Positions 27,100 through 38,400 of a stretch of 64,000 nucleotides of DNA are shown piece by piece. Each line of letters opens with the position of its first letter. The stretch's first letter is position 1. The stretch is from Candidatus Micrarchaeia archaeon (GTDB taxonomy: Archaea > Micrarchaeota > Micrarchaeia > Burarchaeales > Fermentimicrarchaeaceae), in the NCBI GenBank assembly GCA_038871515.1, contig JAVZHX010000002.1, positions 141,815 through 205,814 of the forward strand, given 5' to 3'. The notes beneath the pieces were generated by a model. That model was not told the origin of the DNA and did no database searches. It saw only the letters and a program-made list of their open reading frames with translations. Position numbers and translations under genes: made by a program.

Positions 27100-30000
27100 T
27101 TAGTACCTAGCTCTACTAATACTACCATAACTCATTTGCGTTGTTACAAGTTGATCGATTCTTTTAATGGCTTGATCAGCTGCTATTGAGAATCCTCTTT
27201 CTTCGCGGAAGCTTCTTGGGATTAAACCATATCTAATACCCGCTGGGTTGTAAGCAAACTTTCTTATTGCAATCACATCCTTAGCTGGCTCGTAGAATGC
27301 AACTGTTGTTCCTAGTTCGGAACCCAGCATCTCCCTAACCTGCTTTGGGTATGGGATTGGGATAATTGAGCCGTACATCTGCATCATTTGGTACTGAATT
27401 ACCTTTTGAACTTCTGGCGGCACTCTTGGGTTCTCAGCCATTGTTAACTTGAGCTCATCCCATCCTCCAGGCCACTCAGCGCTTATTGCAAGTCTTTTTC
27501 CCCAGTATGAGAGATATGTGGATGGGCCCTCAAAGATACTTTTGAAAGCGCGTATATGCCAAGGCAATCCCACATCGGGCAGTTCAAGTGCCTCCTGCCA
27601 TGGTTCTATATCCCAGTATCTGTTAAGCCTCAAACCCTTCCATACATAGGCAGTTCCATAAACCTGGCTTTCCCAAACTGACTGCATAGTTCTTGCAGGT
27701 CCACCTGAACCTCTGCCTGTCAGATGGGAGCTCCACTCTATTATTTTATTCATTGTTCTACGAACCCCCTCCTCTCCTGTTGAGGTGGGGTACCCTGTCA
27801 TTTCCCACTCGCCAACCTTTCTTGTACCTGTCTTTGCCCCGTATATTCCGTAAGCACCAGCAGTTATCACAGCTGCCGCTCCCACTCCTATAAATGGCAT
27901 TGCGAACGGCGCAGCAACTGTTGCTGCAAAGAGAAGTGTTTTTCCATGCTGAACCGCAAACTTCTCAATATTTTCAACTGCTTTTGAAGCGAAACCGGTT
28001 GCACGTTCGGATGAAACTCCGTGTATGCCAAGCCTTATTCTCAAATCTTTATCAACGGATTCCTCTATAAACTTGTGGATGCGCTCCTCGCTTCCTGGGC
28101 CTGCCCATTGAGTCATCTTTCTATAAGGCGCATACATGTATGTCGCATCGTAAGTATCCTTGAAGCTCTTCCAATCCTTGCAAACCTCAATTAACTCTTT
28201 CTGTTTCTCCCTTCTCTCTTCAAGCTTCTCTTGCAGTTCGCTGTTTAGTTCAACTGCCTCAGCATCAATTTTACCTTTTTTCTCCTTCAGCTTCTTCTCA
28301 AGTTCGCTAATTTCAGATGAAATTCCTTTTATTTCATTTCGGAGCTTGACGGCTGTTGCTTCGTACTTTGCAAGTGCATTCTCAGATACACTTCTGTCGA
28401 GCTGGCCGGCCCACCATCTGGCTTCCTCCCAGAATCCTCTTCCCTTCCTTTTATCCTCAGGGTACTCCTCCCTTAATTTCTTGAGTATTTCTGCTGTCTG
28501 TGATTGCATAAGCCCTCCGCTTGCTGCCTCTCTCTGCAGTAGTTCTGCTGCCTGCATAACAAGCGCAAATCTCTCCAATTTATCCTCCATTCTCTTAAGT
28601 CTCTCATACCTCTTTTCTCTCTCGGGTTGTGTTAAAGGCAGTTCCCCAAACTCCAAAACGTTTGTCAGCTTATCCCTCTCTGCCTCCAGCTCCTTCTTGC
28701 GGTTCTCCAGCATCTCAATTCTCTCTCTCCACCCCGCTTTCCTGGCTGACTCCAACTCAGCTTCTACCGCCCTTATTCTTAAATTAACTTCTTGCAGCTC
28801 ATATTTTGCAGTTTCAGGCAGAGTTTTGCGAGCTTCTTCAATCTCGCGATACAACTTCACGTATTTATCCATAGTAGTCGGGTCTAAGAACTGCCCATAG
28901 GTGAGATTCGTTAGGTATAACATGCTGCTTAAAGTTCTCTCCTTTTTCTTCAAGTGAGCGTCCAGCTCCTTTGTAACTTTTTCGTATTCCTCTATATTCT
29001 TAGCTCCAAACTCCTTCAGTTTGGATCTATCTATAACTCCAATTCCTGCTTTTTCTTTAAGTTCTTCCTTATCCTTCTCAAGCTTTGTGATTATCGCCTG
29101 CACCTCTATTAAATCTCGGTGCATCCCTGTTTCACTTCCCCCAAGGCTTGTCCCAGCTTCTTCCATTCTCCTGCGAGTCCACTCGGCAAGATTGATTGTT
29201 TCAAGTTTGTCCCATTTGTTCTTAAGTTTGCTGTATGTCGCCCTCAGAGCTTTTTCATACTGGGATTTAACTCGCTCCCTCTCTTCCCCCTCAAGCTTAT
29301 CTGTATTATTATACTTTTTCACCTCGCTTGCTTTTTCCACCCCAAGCGTTTTTATCAAACCCAAAACATATGGGTTTGGTTTTTCAAGCGCATCAGCTCT
29401 CAATATGCTCATCTCAGAGAGAACAGCCTCCCTATCGCGCAGTATTTTCTGCCCACCGACTCGTATGATAGTTCTCTCAGCAGTTTCGTCCACTGCTCGT
29501 TGTAAGTCAAAGCGGCGCCTATCAATTGCTCTGCGAAGATCGTTTATATCATTCTCCTTTTTCAGTATTGATAGTTCAAGCTTATGCAATCTGTCCTCAA
29601 GTTTTTTATAATCATTAGTGTTCTTCTTCCCTGCTTTTTCAAGTTTCATCATTCTATCCTCAATTTTCTTTTTATTTTCCTCATCCTTCCTCAATTTCTC
29701 CTCAATTGTATTTATTCCACGCTCTAGATTTCTTTTTACTTCATCCCTATCTCTGTCGAATGCTTCCAAACGTCTCTGGGCAAGCAAAGCTTGATTCAGC
29801 ATAAGATGTGTTGTTATCAGTTCAACATTTCTCTCCGCCTTAGCCAACTCCTTTTTGGCATCTCTTATCTGCAGGTTTGTTCTAGCAAGCTCTTCCATCT
29901 TCGCCTGTAACTCCTTTTCCTTTGCCTTATACTCTTTTGTGTTTGGATTTAATTTTTCAAGCTGTGATTTGAGATTTTCGCATTCCTCCTTCAACTCAGC

Positions 30001-32463
30001 TCTTTTTGCGTAGAGAGGTTTCTTCTCAAATATTCCCTTAAGTTTCTTCTGCTTTTCTTCAACTTCCATTTGCTGCTTTCCAAGCAATCTCATAAAGTGT
30101 TGTTTCTTCATCTCCTCTTCCGAAAGTTTGGATATTGTAGGGCCAATAATATTCTCAAACTCTGATGCAATCTGCCTTAAATTCTGGGTTTTCTGAAAAC
30201 CGCTTGCCGCAAATGCAACCCCCCTTATTGCAAGCGCTTCCGGCGTATAGTGCCCTTTTGCTGCCTCTGCTCTTTGACCCCACATATCAAACAAGCGCTC
30301 CACGCCAAGCCATGTTGCTCGGTCATGTTCCGGAGTTAAATAGGGTTTTACAGTATGGCGATAGTACGAATCCTCTAGCTTTCTGTAACCGGACATAACT
30401 TTAAGCGCTTTCTCAAGTGGTTTTACTCGGGCTTGGTGCTCCTTCCAAGTGATGTTATGTTTGTTGTAATATAGGTCATCCAGATTGCTTATTTTTTCTT
30501 TTATAGCTGATATTGCCTCCCTTGTCATATTCACTTTGTCACTCCTATACTGCCCCATCAAAGATGCTCCAATTATGCTTGGTGCAATTTTTGACAACTC
30601 ACTCATTTTCTTATCAAGTTCCTTTGTTTTTTTCTTGTACTCCTCAACTGAAATTTGCCCAGCGACTAACTTCGTGTTCAGATCTTTCAGCTGAGTGCGT
30701 ACTTCATTTAATTTATCCCTAGCATCTGGAGGAAGCAGGATGTTGTTAACTTCCCCAATTTTCTTTTGGAATTGATTTATTTTATCAGTCAGCTCATCGC
30801 TTCGGCCTTTCTTACTGAGCTTTTCGATATCTTTCGCCAGCCCCTTTATCTCCTTTTTTAATATGTTGAGTTCTCTCTTCTGCGTTTTGGTAAGTCCTCT
30901 CTTCGATTTTGTATCTCTCAAAACTCTATCGATAATCCCTCCCCTCATATCTTCCATCAGTCTTTTCTGATGCTCAACAGTGTCTCTCAGCAACCCTGCA
31001 ACTTGTGCAGGAGTGAGGGTTGGGTCCTTGAGCATTGCAAGGTTTTTCTCAATATGCTCTCTTCTTCTTTCTGCAATAGTAACTCTTGCAATGATATTTG
31101 GCTTGAATCTCGCTCTTTCATAGCGCACCCTTGCAACTCTGTATGGAACATTCTGCAGTAAAGATGAAACAAACCCAGTTGTGCTTGAGATGAACCAACC
31201 CTTTAGGGTTGCTTTCAGAACTTCCTTTCTGCTCAACTGCTCAGGGTTGAAGACTCTTACGAGCATTCCCCTCTGGCTGAGCCGATCATATCTTTCTTTT
31301 AACCCTTTCAGTTTTTTTTCATCCTCCTTGCTGAATTGTGATGGGTTCTTATTCTTTTTCTCTTCAAGTTTTCGGATTTCTCTTCTAAGTTTCCATCTTT
31401 GAGATGGTTTTACTATAATTGTTGATATTGGGTATTTCACTCCTAGGTAGGCAAAGCTCGCGGCAGCAGCAGGTGCATATGCCATCATCTTAATTCTTCC
31501 AATCACCCCCCCAACATCCGCAAGCTGTTTTCTGTATTCATCCATCTGCTTGATTAAACCATCATAAACTGCAACTTTCTTTTCGGCTTCTCTTATTTTC
31601 TTATTCAGAGTTGCAACATCCTTCCCCAACTTAGTTCTGTAAAGTCTTTTTTCAAGGTTTCCAATTTCCTTGCTGAGAGCAGCAAGACGCGCCATATCCT
31701 TGTCACTAAGTTTCTCTCCTCTCAGCTGCTTTAACTTTAGATTAGCATGCTCTCTCTTCTTCTCTCTTATGGCTTCCCTTAGACTGACAAAATTTTTCAG
31801 GTTTTTCAGCTCTCTTTTTTCTTGGGCAGTTAATCCTTTATCCTTTTTCTTCTCCTCAAGCTCTGTTATTCTATTCCTTGCCCCTTGTAGGTTCATTACA
31901 CTAGCAAGACTGGTTGCCAACATACTACGTAAGCTCTTCACTTCGCTTTCTTTCCTAGTCTTCTCTCTTTCAATTCTGCCTTCATAACCGCCACCCCTTT
32001 TTCCCTTTGATAACGCGTATAAAGCACCCCTATCTGCCATTGTTTTTAGTGTTTTCACACCTTCCTTTGCTACCTTTGAACCGTACTTCCCACCACTCGC
32101 CTTTGAAACAACTGTTGCAGCACCCTTTGCCATCTTGTTAGCAACCCATCCAAAACCTCTTGTTAGGTAATTTCCTCCTCCGAGCTGATCCCTCTTCTTC
32201 GCAACAGTGTCAAATCCACCAGAGGTGAACGATTTAAAGTGGTAGGAAGTCGACTTTATTTCAGCAGGTGGTTTTGAGATGGATATGTCAAACCCAACAA
32301 GGGGGCTTCTTCCCTGAGCAATCATACCCGCCATAAGCAGAGCAAGAAGGAGGAAGAAGGGGAAGCAGATTGATATGTCGCCCATGCTCGCGTATGAAGC
32401 ATTTGCAAGCATTATGAGCAATAACAAAACGAATGGAACTCGGAGTAGTGGTTGGTTAACCAT
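27100..32463 (-). CDS. 1787-aa membrane-anchored, Lys/Arg/Glu-rich long coiled-coil protein
   Basis: Two N-terminal hydrophobic segments, extensive heptad-like helical regions, further hydrophobic segments (AAAASFAYLGV; LLFAATVAAPFAMPFIGVGAAAVITAGAYGIY). Confidence 0.85.
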   Translation of the reverse strand: MVNQPLLRVPFVLLLLIMLANASYASMGDISICFPFFLLLALLMAGMIAQGRSPLVGFDISISKPPAEIKSTSYHFKSFTSGGFDTVAKKRDQLGGGNYLTRGFGWVANKMAKGAATVVSKASGGKYGSKVAKEGVKTLKTMADRGALYALSKGKRGGGYEGRIEREKTRKESEVKSLRSMLATSLASVMNLQGARNRITELEEKKKDKGLTAQEKRELKNLKNFVSLREAIREKKREHANLKLKQLRGEKLSDKDMARLAALSKEIGNLEKRLYRTKLGKDVATLNKKIREAEKKVAVYDGLIKQMDEYRKQLADVGGVIGRIKMMAYAPAAAASFAYLGVKYPISTIIVKPSQRWKLRREIRKLEEKKNKNPSQFSKEDEKKLKGLKERYDRLSQRGMLVRVFNPEQLSRKEVLKATLKGWFISSTTGFVSSLLQNVPYRVARVRYERARFKPNIIARVTIAERRREHIEKNLAMLKDPTLTPAQVAGLLRDTVEHQKRLMEDMRGGIIDRVLRDTKSKRGLTKTQKRELNILKKEIKGLAKDIEKLSKKGRSDELTDKINQFQKKIGEVNNILLPPDARDKLNEVRTQLKDLNTKLVAGQISVEEYKKKTKELDKKMSELSKIAPSIIGASLMGQYRSDKVNMTREAISAIKEKISNLDDLYYNKHNITWKEHQARVKPLEKALKVMSGYRKLEDSYYRHTVKPYLTPEHDRATWLGVERLFDMWGQRAEAAKGHYTPEALAIRGVAFAASGFQKTQNLRQIASEFENIIGPTISKLSEEEMKKQHFMRLLGKQQMEVEEKQKKLKGIFEKKPLYAKRAELKEECENLKSQLEKLNPNTKEYKAKEKELQAKMEELARTNLQIRDAKKELAKAERNVELITTHLMLNQALLAQRRLEAFDRDRDEVKRNLERGINTIEEKLRKDEENKKKIEDRMMKLEKAGKKNTNDYKKLEDRLHKLELSILKKENDINDLRRAIDRRRFDLQRAVDETAERTIIRVGGQKILRDREAVLSEMSILRADALEKPNPYVLGLIKTLGVEKASEVKKYNNTDKLEGEERERVKSQYEKALRATYSKLKNKWDKLETINLAEWTRRRMEEAGTSLGGSETGMHRDLIEVQAIITKLEKDKEELKEKAGIGVIDRSKLKEFGAKNIEEYEKVTKELDAHLKKKERTLSSMLYLTNLTYGQFLDPTTMDKYVKLYREIEEARKTLPETAKYELQEVNLRIRAVEAELESARKAGWRERIEMLENRKKELEAERDKLTNVLEFGELPLTQPEREKRYERLKRMEDKLERFALVMQAAELLQREAASGGLMQSQTAEILKKLREEYPEDKRKGRGFWEEARWWAGQLDRSVSENALAKYEATAVKLRNEIKGISSEISELEKKLKEKKGKIDAEAVELNSELQEKLEERREKQKELIEVCKDWKSFKDTYDATYMYAPYRKMTQWAGPGSEERIHKFIEESVDKDLRIRLGIHGVSSERATGFASKAVENIEKFAVQHGKTLLFAATVAAPFAMPFIGVGAAAVITAGAYGIYGAKTGTRKVGEWEMTGYPTSTGEEGVRRTMNKIIEWSSHLTGRGSGGPARTMQSVWESQVYGTAYVWKGLRLNRYWDIEPWQEALELPDVGLPWHIRAFKSIFEGPSTYLSYWGKRLAISAEWPGGWDELKLTMAENPRVPPEVQKVIQYQMMQMYGSIIPIPYPKQVREMLGSELGTTVAFYEPAKDVIAIRKFAYNPAGIRYGLIPRSFREERGFSIAADQAIKRIDQLVTTQMSYGSISRARY

Positions 32464-32484
32464 CGTTATATACTATCTCTTTTT

Positions 32485-35400
32485 TTACTTATTAAACTTT
32501 CGTTTTTTCATCAAAAGCAGCAAAGCAACAATCAGTATAAGCGGTTCAAGCACAGGGAAGCTGCCGATTGCAACAGATACGCCACCTGCGTAGAATGGTT
32601 TGATTTCTATGGAGGGAGCATAAATATCTGTTCCCCAGAAAACTCCAAATAGTAACCTTCTTCCAAACCCATAGATTTTGAAGGTTGTGTTCACGTGCCC
32701 TGTTGCATTTGTTATGAAGTACGGGTTGCCGGTTTCCAAGTGAGAGAGTATTCCGTACTGATGACAGACTGGGTTAGGCAGACAGTCACCAGTGCCTCCA
32801 GGTTCATCTATCCAGTCTGGGCAGGAGCAGTTGCTCTCCTCAGGTGCAATTGGGCAGACGCCTGAAACAGCTGGGTTGCAGTTAACTGGGTCAAGCTGGC
32901 TTCCATCCCCGTACAGAGTTCTGCTTGAGTTCTGAACGTACAGCTCCATTACTTGACCTGGAAGGGGTGTATTGGGCTTCTCCTCAGGCTTATCCCATCT
33001 CTGGTATAACAGCTGCGCAGTCACATACACAATTGTCCTGTTTATGTTTTGTGGGTCTCTGACTGTTTGGACTTGCATTATTATGGCAGTTGGCTGTCTC
33101 AACCAGATTGTGTATGGAACAATGAATGTATTGTTGAACCTATCAAAGAATCTGTAATGGAAGTTGTGCAAGCCCAATGAGTCATTATCCGGTATATTCA
33201 ATACAACTGAATCCTGCTGTGAGTAGATGAAGGTGCCTGATTTGTTCTGGTAGAAACCAAGCACAAAGTCGTTTGGAACAACGTTAATAACACCTATCTG
33301 CTCCGGAGTAACCGCAGTTGATAACCCATCCAGATAAAGAGGAGCAGTTGTTACATTGAAATGCTCGCCTTCGTTCCCTTCAATTTCTATAGAGAGCACA
33401 TGTGTAAATGTTTCGTTTGTCTCAAATGAAACAAGGGAAACGCCTGTGGAGGTGGTGACATTGAACGAGTTGCTGAAGCCAACTGTCACGTCGTTTTCTG
33501 CTTTCAGCATCTCATTGGTAATCCCCTCACCAAGCATCACATAACCGCTCCAAACTCCATTGTAGAATGGGCCAATCTGCCTTGGGCAGATGTTGTTTCG
33601 TGTGTAGGCACCGCCAGTATCAGATAGAGTTGCATTGCCGTTGAATTGGCAGATATTGCCAGGTGGGTAAATTCCAAGCGCATCAACACTACATCCATAA
33701 TGATACTGCTCGTTCCACGGCGGTTTAGTTTCGTCTGTTATATCTTTAAACCAGAAGCATACCGCATCAACTGTCCCGTTTGATAAACTTATCTCGTGCA
33801 GGGGGCCCGAACCGGGAGCTGTTCGGGCGTAGAATACGTAGCTTGAATTATCCTTATATGGGGGCAGTATCTTCTCCCAGCAGTCAGTAGCATTTGATAC
33901 ATAAAGCTCTATTTCGGTGTAATCCTTTGAACATGTTATGTTAAACCTGAATTCCTTAACTGATAGTGATCGGCCGAACGTTCCAAAGATGCCGGGGACG
34001 AAACCGCCATAGGAGCTTGACTCCCAGAAACATGCTGTTTTTCCATCTGGCGTACCAAGCATATTTGTGGGTGGAGCATCACTTCTGGAGGGGTTTAGAC
34101 AACCGCTTGACTCAGCGTTGATAACTGGGTAGGTTGTCCCCAAAGGAACAGTGCGGATTCTTACTTGGAAAGGAACTCCTGCGGTTTGGGGACTTGTAAT
34201 TGGGTCAAACTGAAAACCACATCCTAGTAGAACTGAATCTGGTTGCACTACTGCTGGGCTTGGAAGGGCACATGTGAGTGCAGGTGTGCCAACTGAACTC
34301 TCTTCAACAATTACGTTGTTGTTGCGCGTTCCCTTTATTGTATACCCAATTGTCCTGTCAACTGATATCATATTGGAGTTTATTCTCAACCTTCTTGGGT
34401 TTGGGAGTATTGTTGCAATTGAGGAGTACGCAGTGTAATTTGAACTTGGCAAGGATATTCTTGCCAGCTCATTTTTTGTAGTTGCAGTTCTGAATATCAG
34501 GGTTTCACCTTTAATTCCATCCTTCACCTCAATTATATAGACTGCGCTGTATGGGCCACCTAAACCAAGATAGTCCATTGAGCTGTAACTGCTAAGTTCA
34601 ACCGAGCCATTTATCAAATTGTAATTGCCGCTTGTGTCTGTCCCAACAATCGTTATCCTTGTTTTGTTATTTGAATCATGGTCCCTTGTTGATGCAACTT
34701 CAATTGATTCATTGAAGAGAGAGACATCGATTCTTGGGCATACAAAGGAAGGCGCGCATGGCGGACCACTTGGGTGCATCCCAACACCACATTTTAAATA
34801 ATCAGATTGGCAGAAACCACCGATGCATTTTCCCTCAGAACAGTTGATGTCCGCGGTGCATGGAATACAACTTCCAACTGTGAAATTATCAACGCGCAGT
34901 ATCACGTCAGGGTCGGTATAAACCTCAAACTGATCACCAAGATAGCCCTTCCCGCTGACAGAGCTTATGAACATGAAGTTTCTGTTCCTTGGGTCGTCTG
35001 GAACAACCTGCACCATTCCTCGTGGAGGCATATATGTGAATGATGGAACCGCTGTGTAGGTATTTACATCGTAGTAGGCATACTGCCCTTTCCATAGGAA
35101 AAGCTCGCCTATTATGCTTGAACCGAATGGGTCTTTGGAGAATTGGATAAGACAGCCATTTTCACATCCACCCCAAACTTCCACAAGTAGAACATCTGTT
35201 TCGCTAGCAGCGTGAGGGGCAGCGGATACCCAACCGTCGGAGGTTTGGTATGAAATTATACTCCAATCCATCGGAGGCCAGGAGAAAATACGGAATGTGC
35301 CGTTGCCATCAGAGCGGAGATAAAGGCTGGTGGAGGTTATACCTCTGAATGGAAGTGGGTTAGGCAGATCTTTACCCATGAAATCTGCAGCTCCAGATAT

Positions 35401-38400
35401 TTTGCTTTCATTATCATTTTCAGGTGGGATGTCAATTCTTCTGCTTGCGTTGAATCCATGAATTGCGAGCAGGGTTGGGCCGCTTATCTTAACTGGTTTG
35501 ATAAGGAGGGATGAGGGGAACGGAGCGTAAGGTTCACCAAGGAGCGGGTACCTAGTGGGTGAGTCTATATATTCATCATACCCGGTTTGCGATACAACTG
35601 TATTTGGCGGTATAGACTTTTTGAACCAAGCGCGCGTGTTGTGGCACATACTGCTATTCCTTCCAAAAATATCCTCAAAGCATATTCCATTATCAGTTGA
35701 GAGGTTTGCGGGCATTATGAAGAGGGATGCTTCCTCAGGTGCTCCTGTTATGGATATTGCGTGGATTATGTAGCAGTAACCAAATGGAGTGTAGCTTGAA
35801 TTTGTTACTGTTATTGAGTAAGTTACATTAACCCTTGCGCTTGTCTCGCACAGTATTGAAACAAGCAAGGAGGAGACGTTTGTTATTGCTTGGTAGTAAT
35901 AATCTGAAGCACCATCAGGTGGTGGATCCTGTGGAGCGAATGGCAGTGGGTTTGGCTCCTTGTGCACTGGACTGAACACATATGCAAAAGGATAGCTCCA
36001 GTTCATTGTGTTATTGAATGGAATTGTTTTGTTTTTTACCACACCACCTTCAACTACAGTTAAAACGTACGGGTTTTTGTTAGGATCGTTTCCAAACATG
36101 TTCGTAGTTGGATACTCAAAAATATAGAGTGGATTTTGGTGCCCGTACTGATCAACAGTTGGTGTTGTTGAGATGTATTGATAACCGTAATACTGATTCT
36201 GCATTATGTTGAATGTTTTTCTGTAGCTTGCGTTAAGTATCCACTGGTGGTCATCTGGCGGAGCCATGTAGTTGCTTACTCTGTCCATCATAACGAAATG
36301 CTTGTAGAAGAATCTGTTTGTAAGGTAGTTGTAAGCAAGATAAGGAAGGGTGCTTGGTGTTTTCTTTGGTGGGGTTAGGTAGGCTGGCCTTGTGAGAGAG
36401 AAGTGGGAGCCGCCTCCCTCAACAAGCCTCTCAAGGTGGTTGCTGTAGCTAGTTATATTGAGCTGTTTGTTTATCACGGAGGTGCCGGAGAGGGAGCCTC
36501 CGCTTGGGCAGCCGTTGGAGTATTTTCTTATTGTAAACGTGTAATCAAACCTCAGGAACGCAGTGATGTTTGTTGCAAGGAAGTTTCTTCTGTAAATAGG
36601 GCTGAGCGGGGCGGAGAGCTTAACCACTGGACTTCCTGGAGCAATACTCCCAGAAGTGAGTAATCCCTCTATGTTGGAGTATTCTGTTGTTTTTGTTTTC
36701 TCAACCTCTCCCTCGCATACGGAGGGCTCAACTGCTCCTTCCTGAGAGCAACCCTCGCATGAAACTCCTGCCATCATTGACTCCTTTATTAAATCCGGAT
36801 ACCCTATTACATCATCTGGGTGGTCAACCGCTGGTGACTCCACCATTGAGCCAGAATAAACAAAGGAGTATGAGCCACCTGGGAAATTATAGCTTTGGTC
36901 TTGAATTCCTGGTTGGAATTTGTACTTGACTACCATGTTGCGTTCTCCTTTCAATGCAATGTATACGTTAAACTTGTTGTCAACATCTATTCCATGGGTT
37001 TCGGATGATTTACCTTGCACATACTGCAAGCCTGCTGAGAGTAGGCCCCATGGGTCGTACCATGCTTTCCAGAGAGTAACGTATTCTTTTGGCTCAATCA
37101 CAACTTTCGCTCTGTACTGCTTCCCAGGAGTTTCAATTGTGTCAAATGCAAGAATTCTAGTCATCTCATATTCTTGCGTGTCGTACCAAAGGCATGCATT
37201 GCAGTTATTTGGATCGGGGCACCAGAGGCATCCCCCATCCTGAGTGCAGCCAGTGCCTGGGTTTCTGTAACAACCAATTTTAAATCCGAATATATCTAAA
37301 CAGCCCGGCATACAGCAACCCAAACACTCCATTGGGAAGCCACTACAGCCAAAGTAACCAGTTCTAACTGGAAATGCCATATAGTCGATCACAAACAAGT
37401 AACCCTTTCTGTATTTAATCCCCCTCAGATAGTGATACCCTCCTTCCTCACCCCAAAAGCTCTGAGTTTCATTTACATTATCAACATATGTTTTAGTTCC
37501 TGCTTCATTTGTGCATGGCGGATCTAAAATAACTCCTAGTGGGTTCAGCTCTTGTAATTCAATTCCACCATCACCCCCAAAGATGCTGATTTTAGAAACT
37601 TCCTGGGCTGGGTTGGATGCGTTGTACTGATGTATAAACGGATAACCAACCCAGAAGCACCCCCACCACTCGCAGTGGCGTTTCTTATCCCTCACTACAA
37701 ACAGACTTGCACCATCCTCGGTAACCGCTATATCTCGCGCTGTTCCCTCCCAGGCTTCTGTGCAGTTGTTGCTTGCATTCAGCTTGAACTCCTTATCGTA
37801 TTTGTTTATGCAGATGTGGTTGAATACTGTATCGGGGTAGGTGTTGCCAAGCACGTACAAATTGCCCCAGCTATCCGTGTCTAAACCATACGGGAAGAAG
37901 TACTGGCCATCCTCAGTAATTGTATCAATTTCAGTTACAAAGTGAATTGTTGGTGGGTAACTTCTAACTATTTTCACAACTTGCACTTTGGGTGAGTTAG
38001 TTAATGCAATGAATATATTGCCTCTGTTATCATACGCAATTGCCTGTGCATTCGAATCAATTAGGGGTGTGGCGCCAGGTATTGGCTTGCCGTTTATCAA
38101 CCCATTATAATCCTCCAGCCATGAGGAGGGTACCCTTAAAGTGAACTTTCCAAGCCTCCCTCCATCTTTGTGGTCAACAACAAGCAGTGCTTCTGGGGAG
38201 CGCAACTCGTGTGGGTTGAGAATTGAATCGTTTGTTATGTTGTATGGCTCAAGCGCAGTTAAAGGAAGAGTTACTGTTATGTTGAAGTAATCAGTATATA
38301 CATTTCCTGGTGCGAACTGAACGTCATATCTATCACTGCCAACGCACACGCTTGATGTTCCGCTGAATGGGTAGTAACCCCAACCCCAGAGGACTTCTGG

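Noticed and set aside
28160..29611. Long + strand Ser/Phe/Leu-rich ORFs (and similar antisense ORFs throughout the track)
   Set aside because: Antisense shadows of Lys/Glu-rich genes; no RBS or motifs
27100..32463. SMC/Rad50 ATPase
   Set aside because: No Walker A/B or signature motif; has membrane segments
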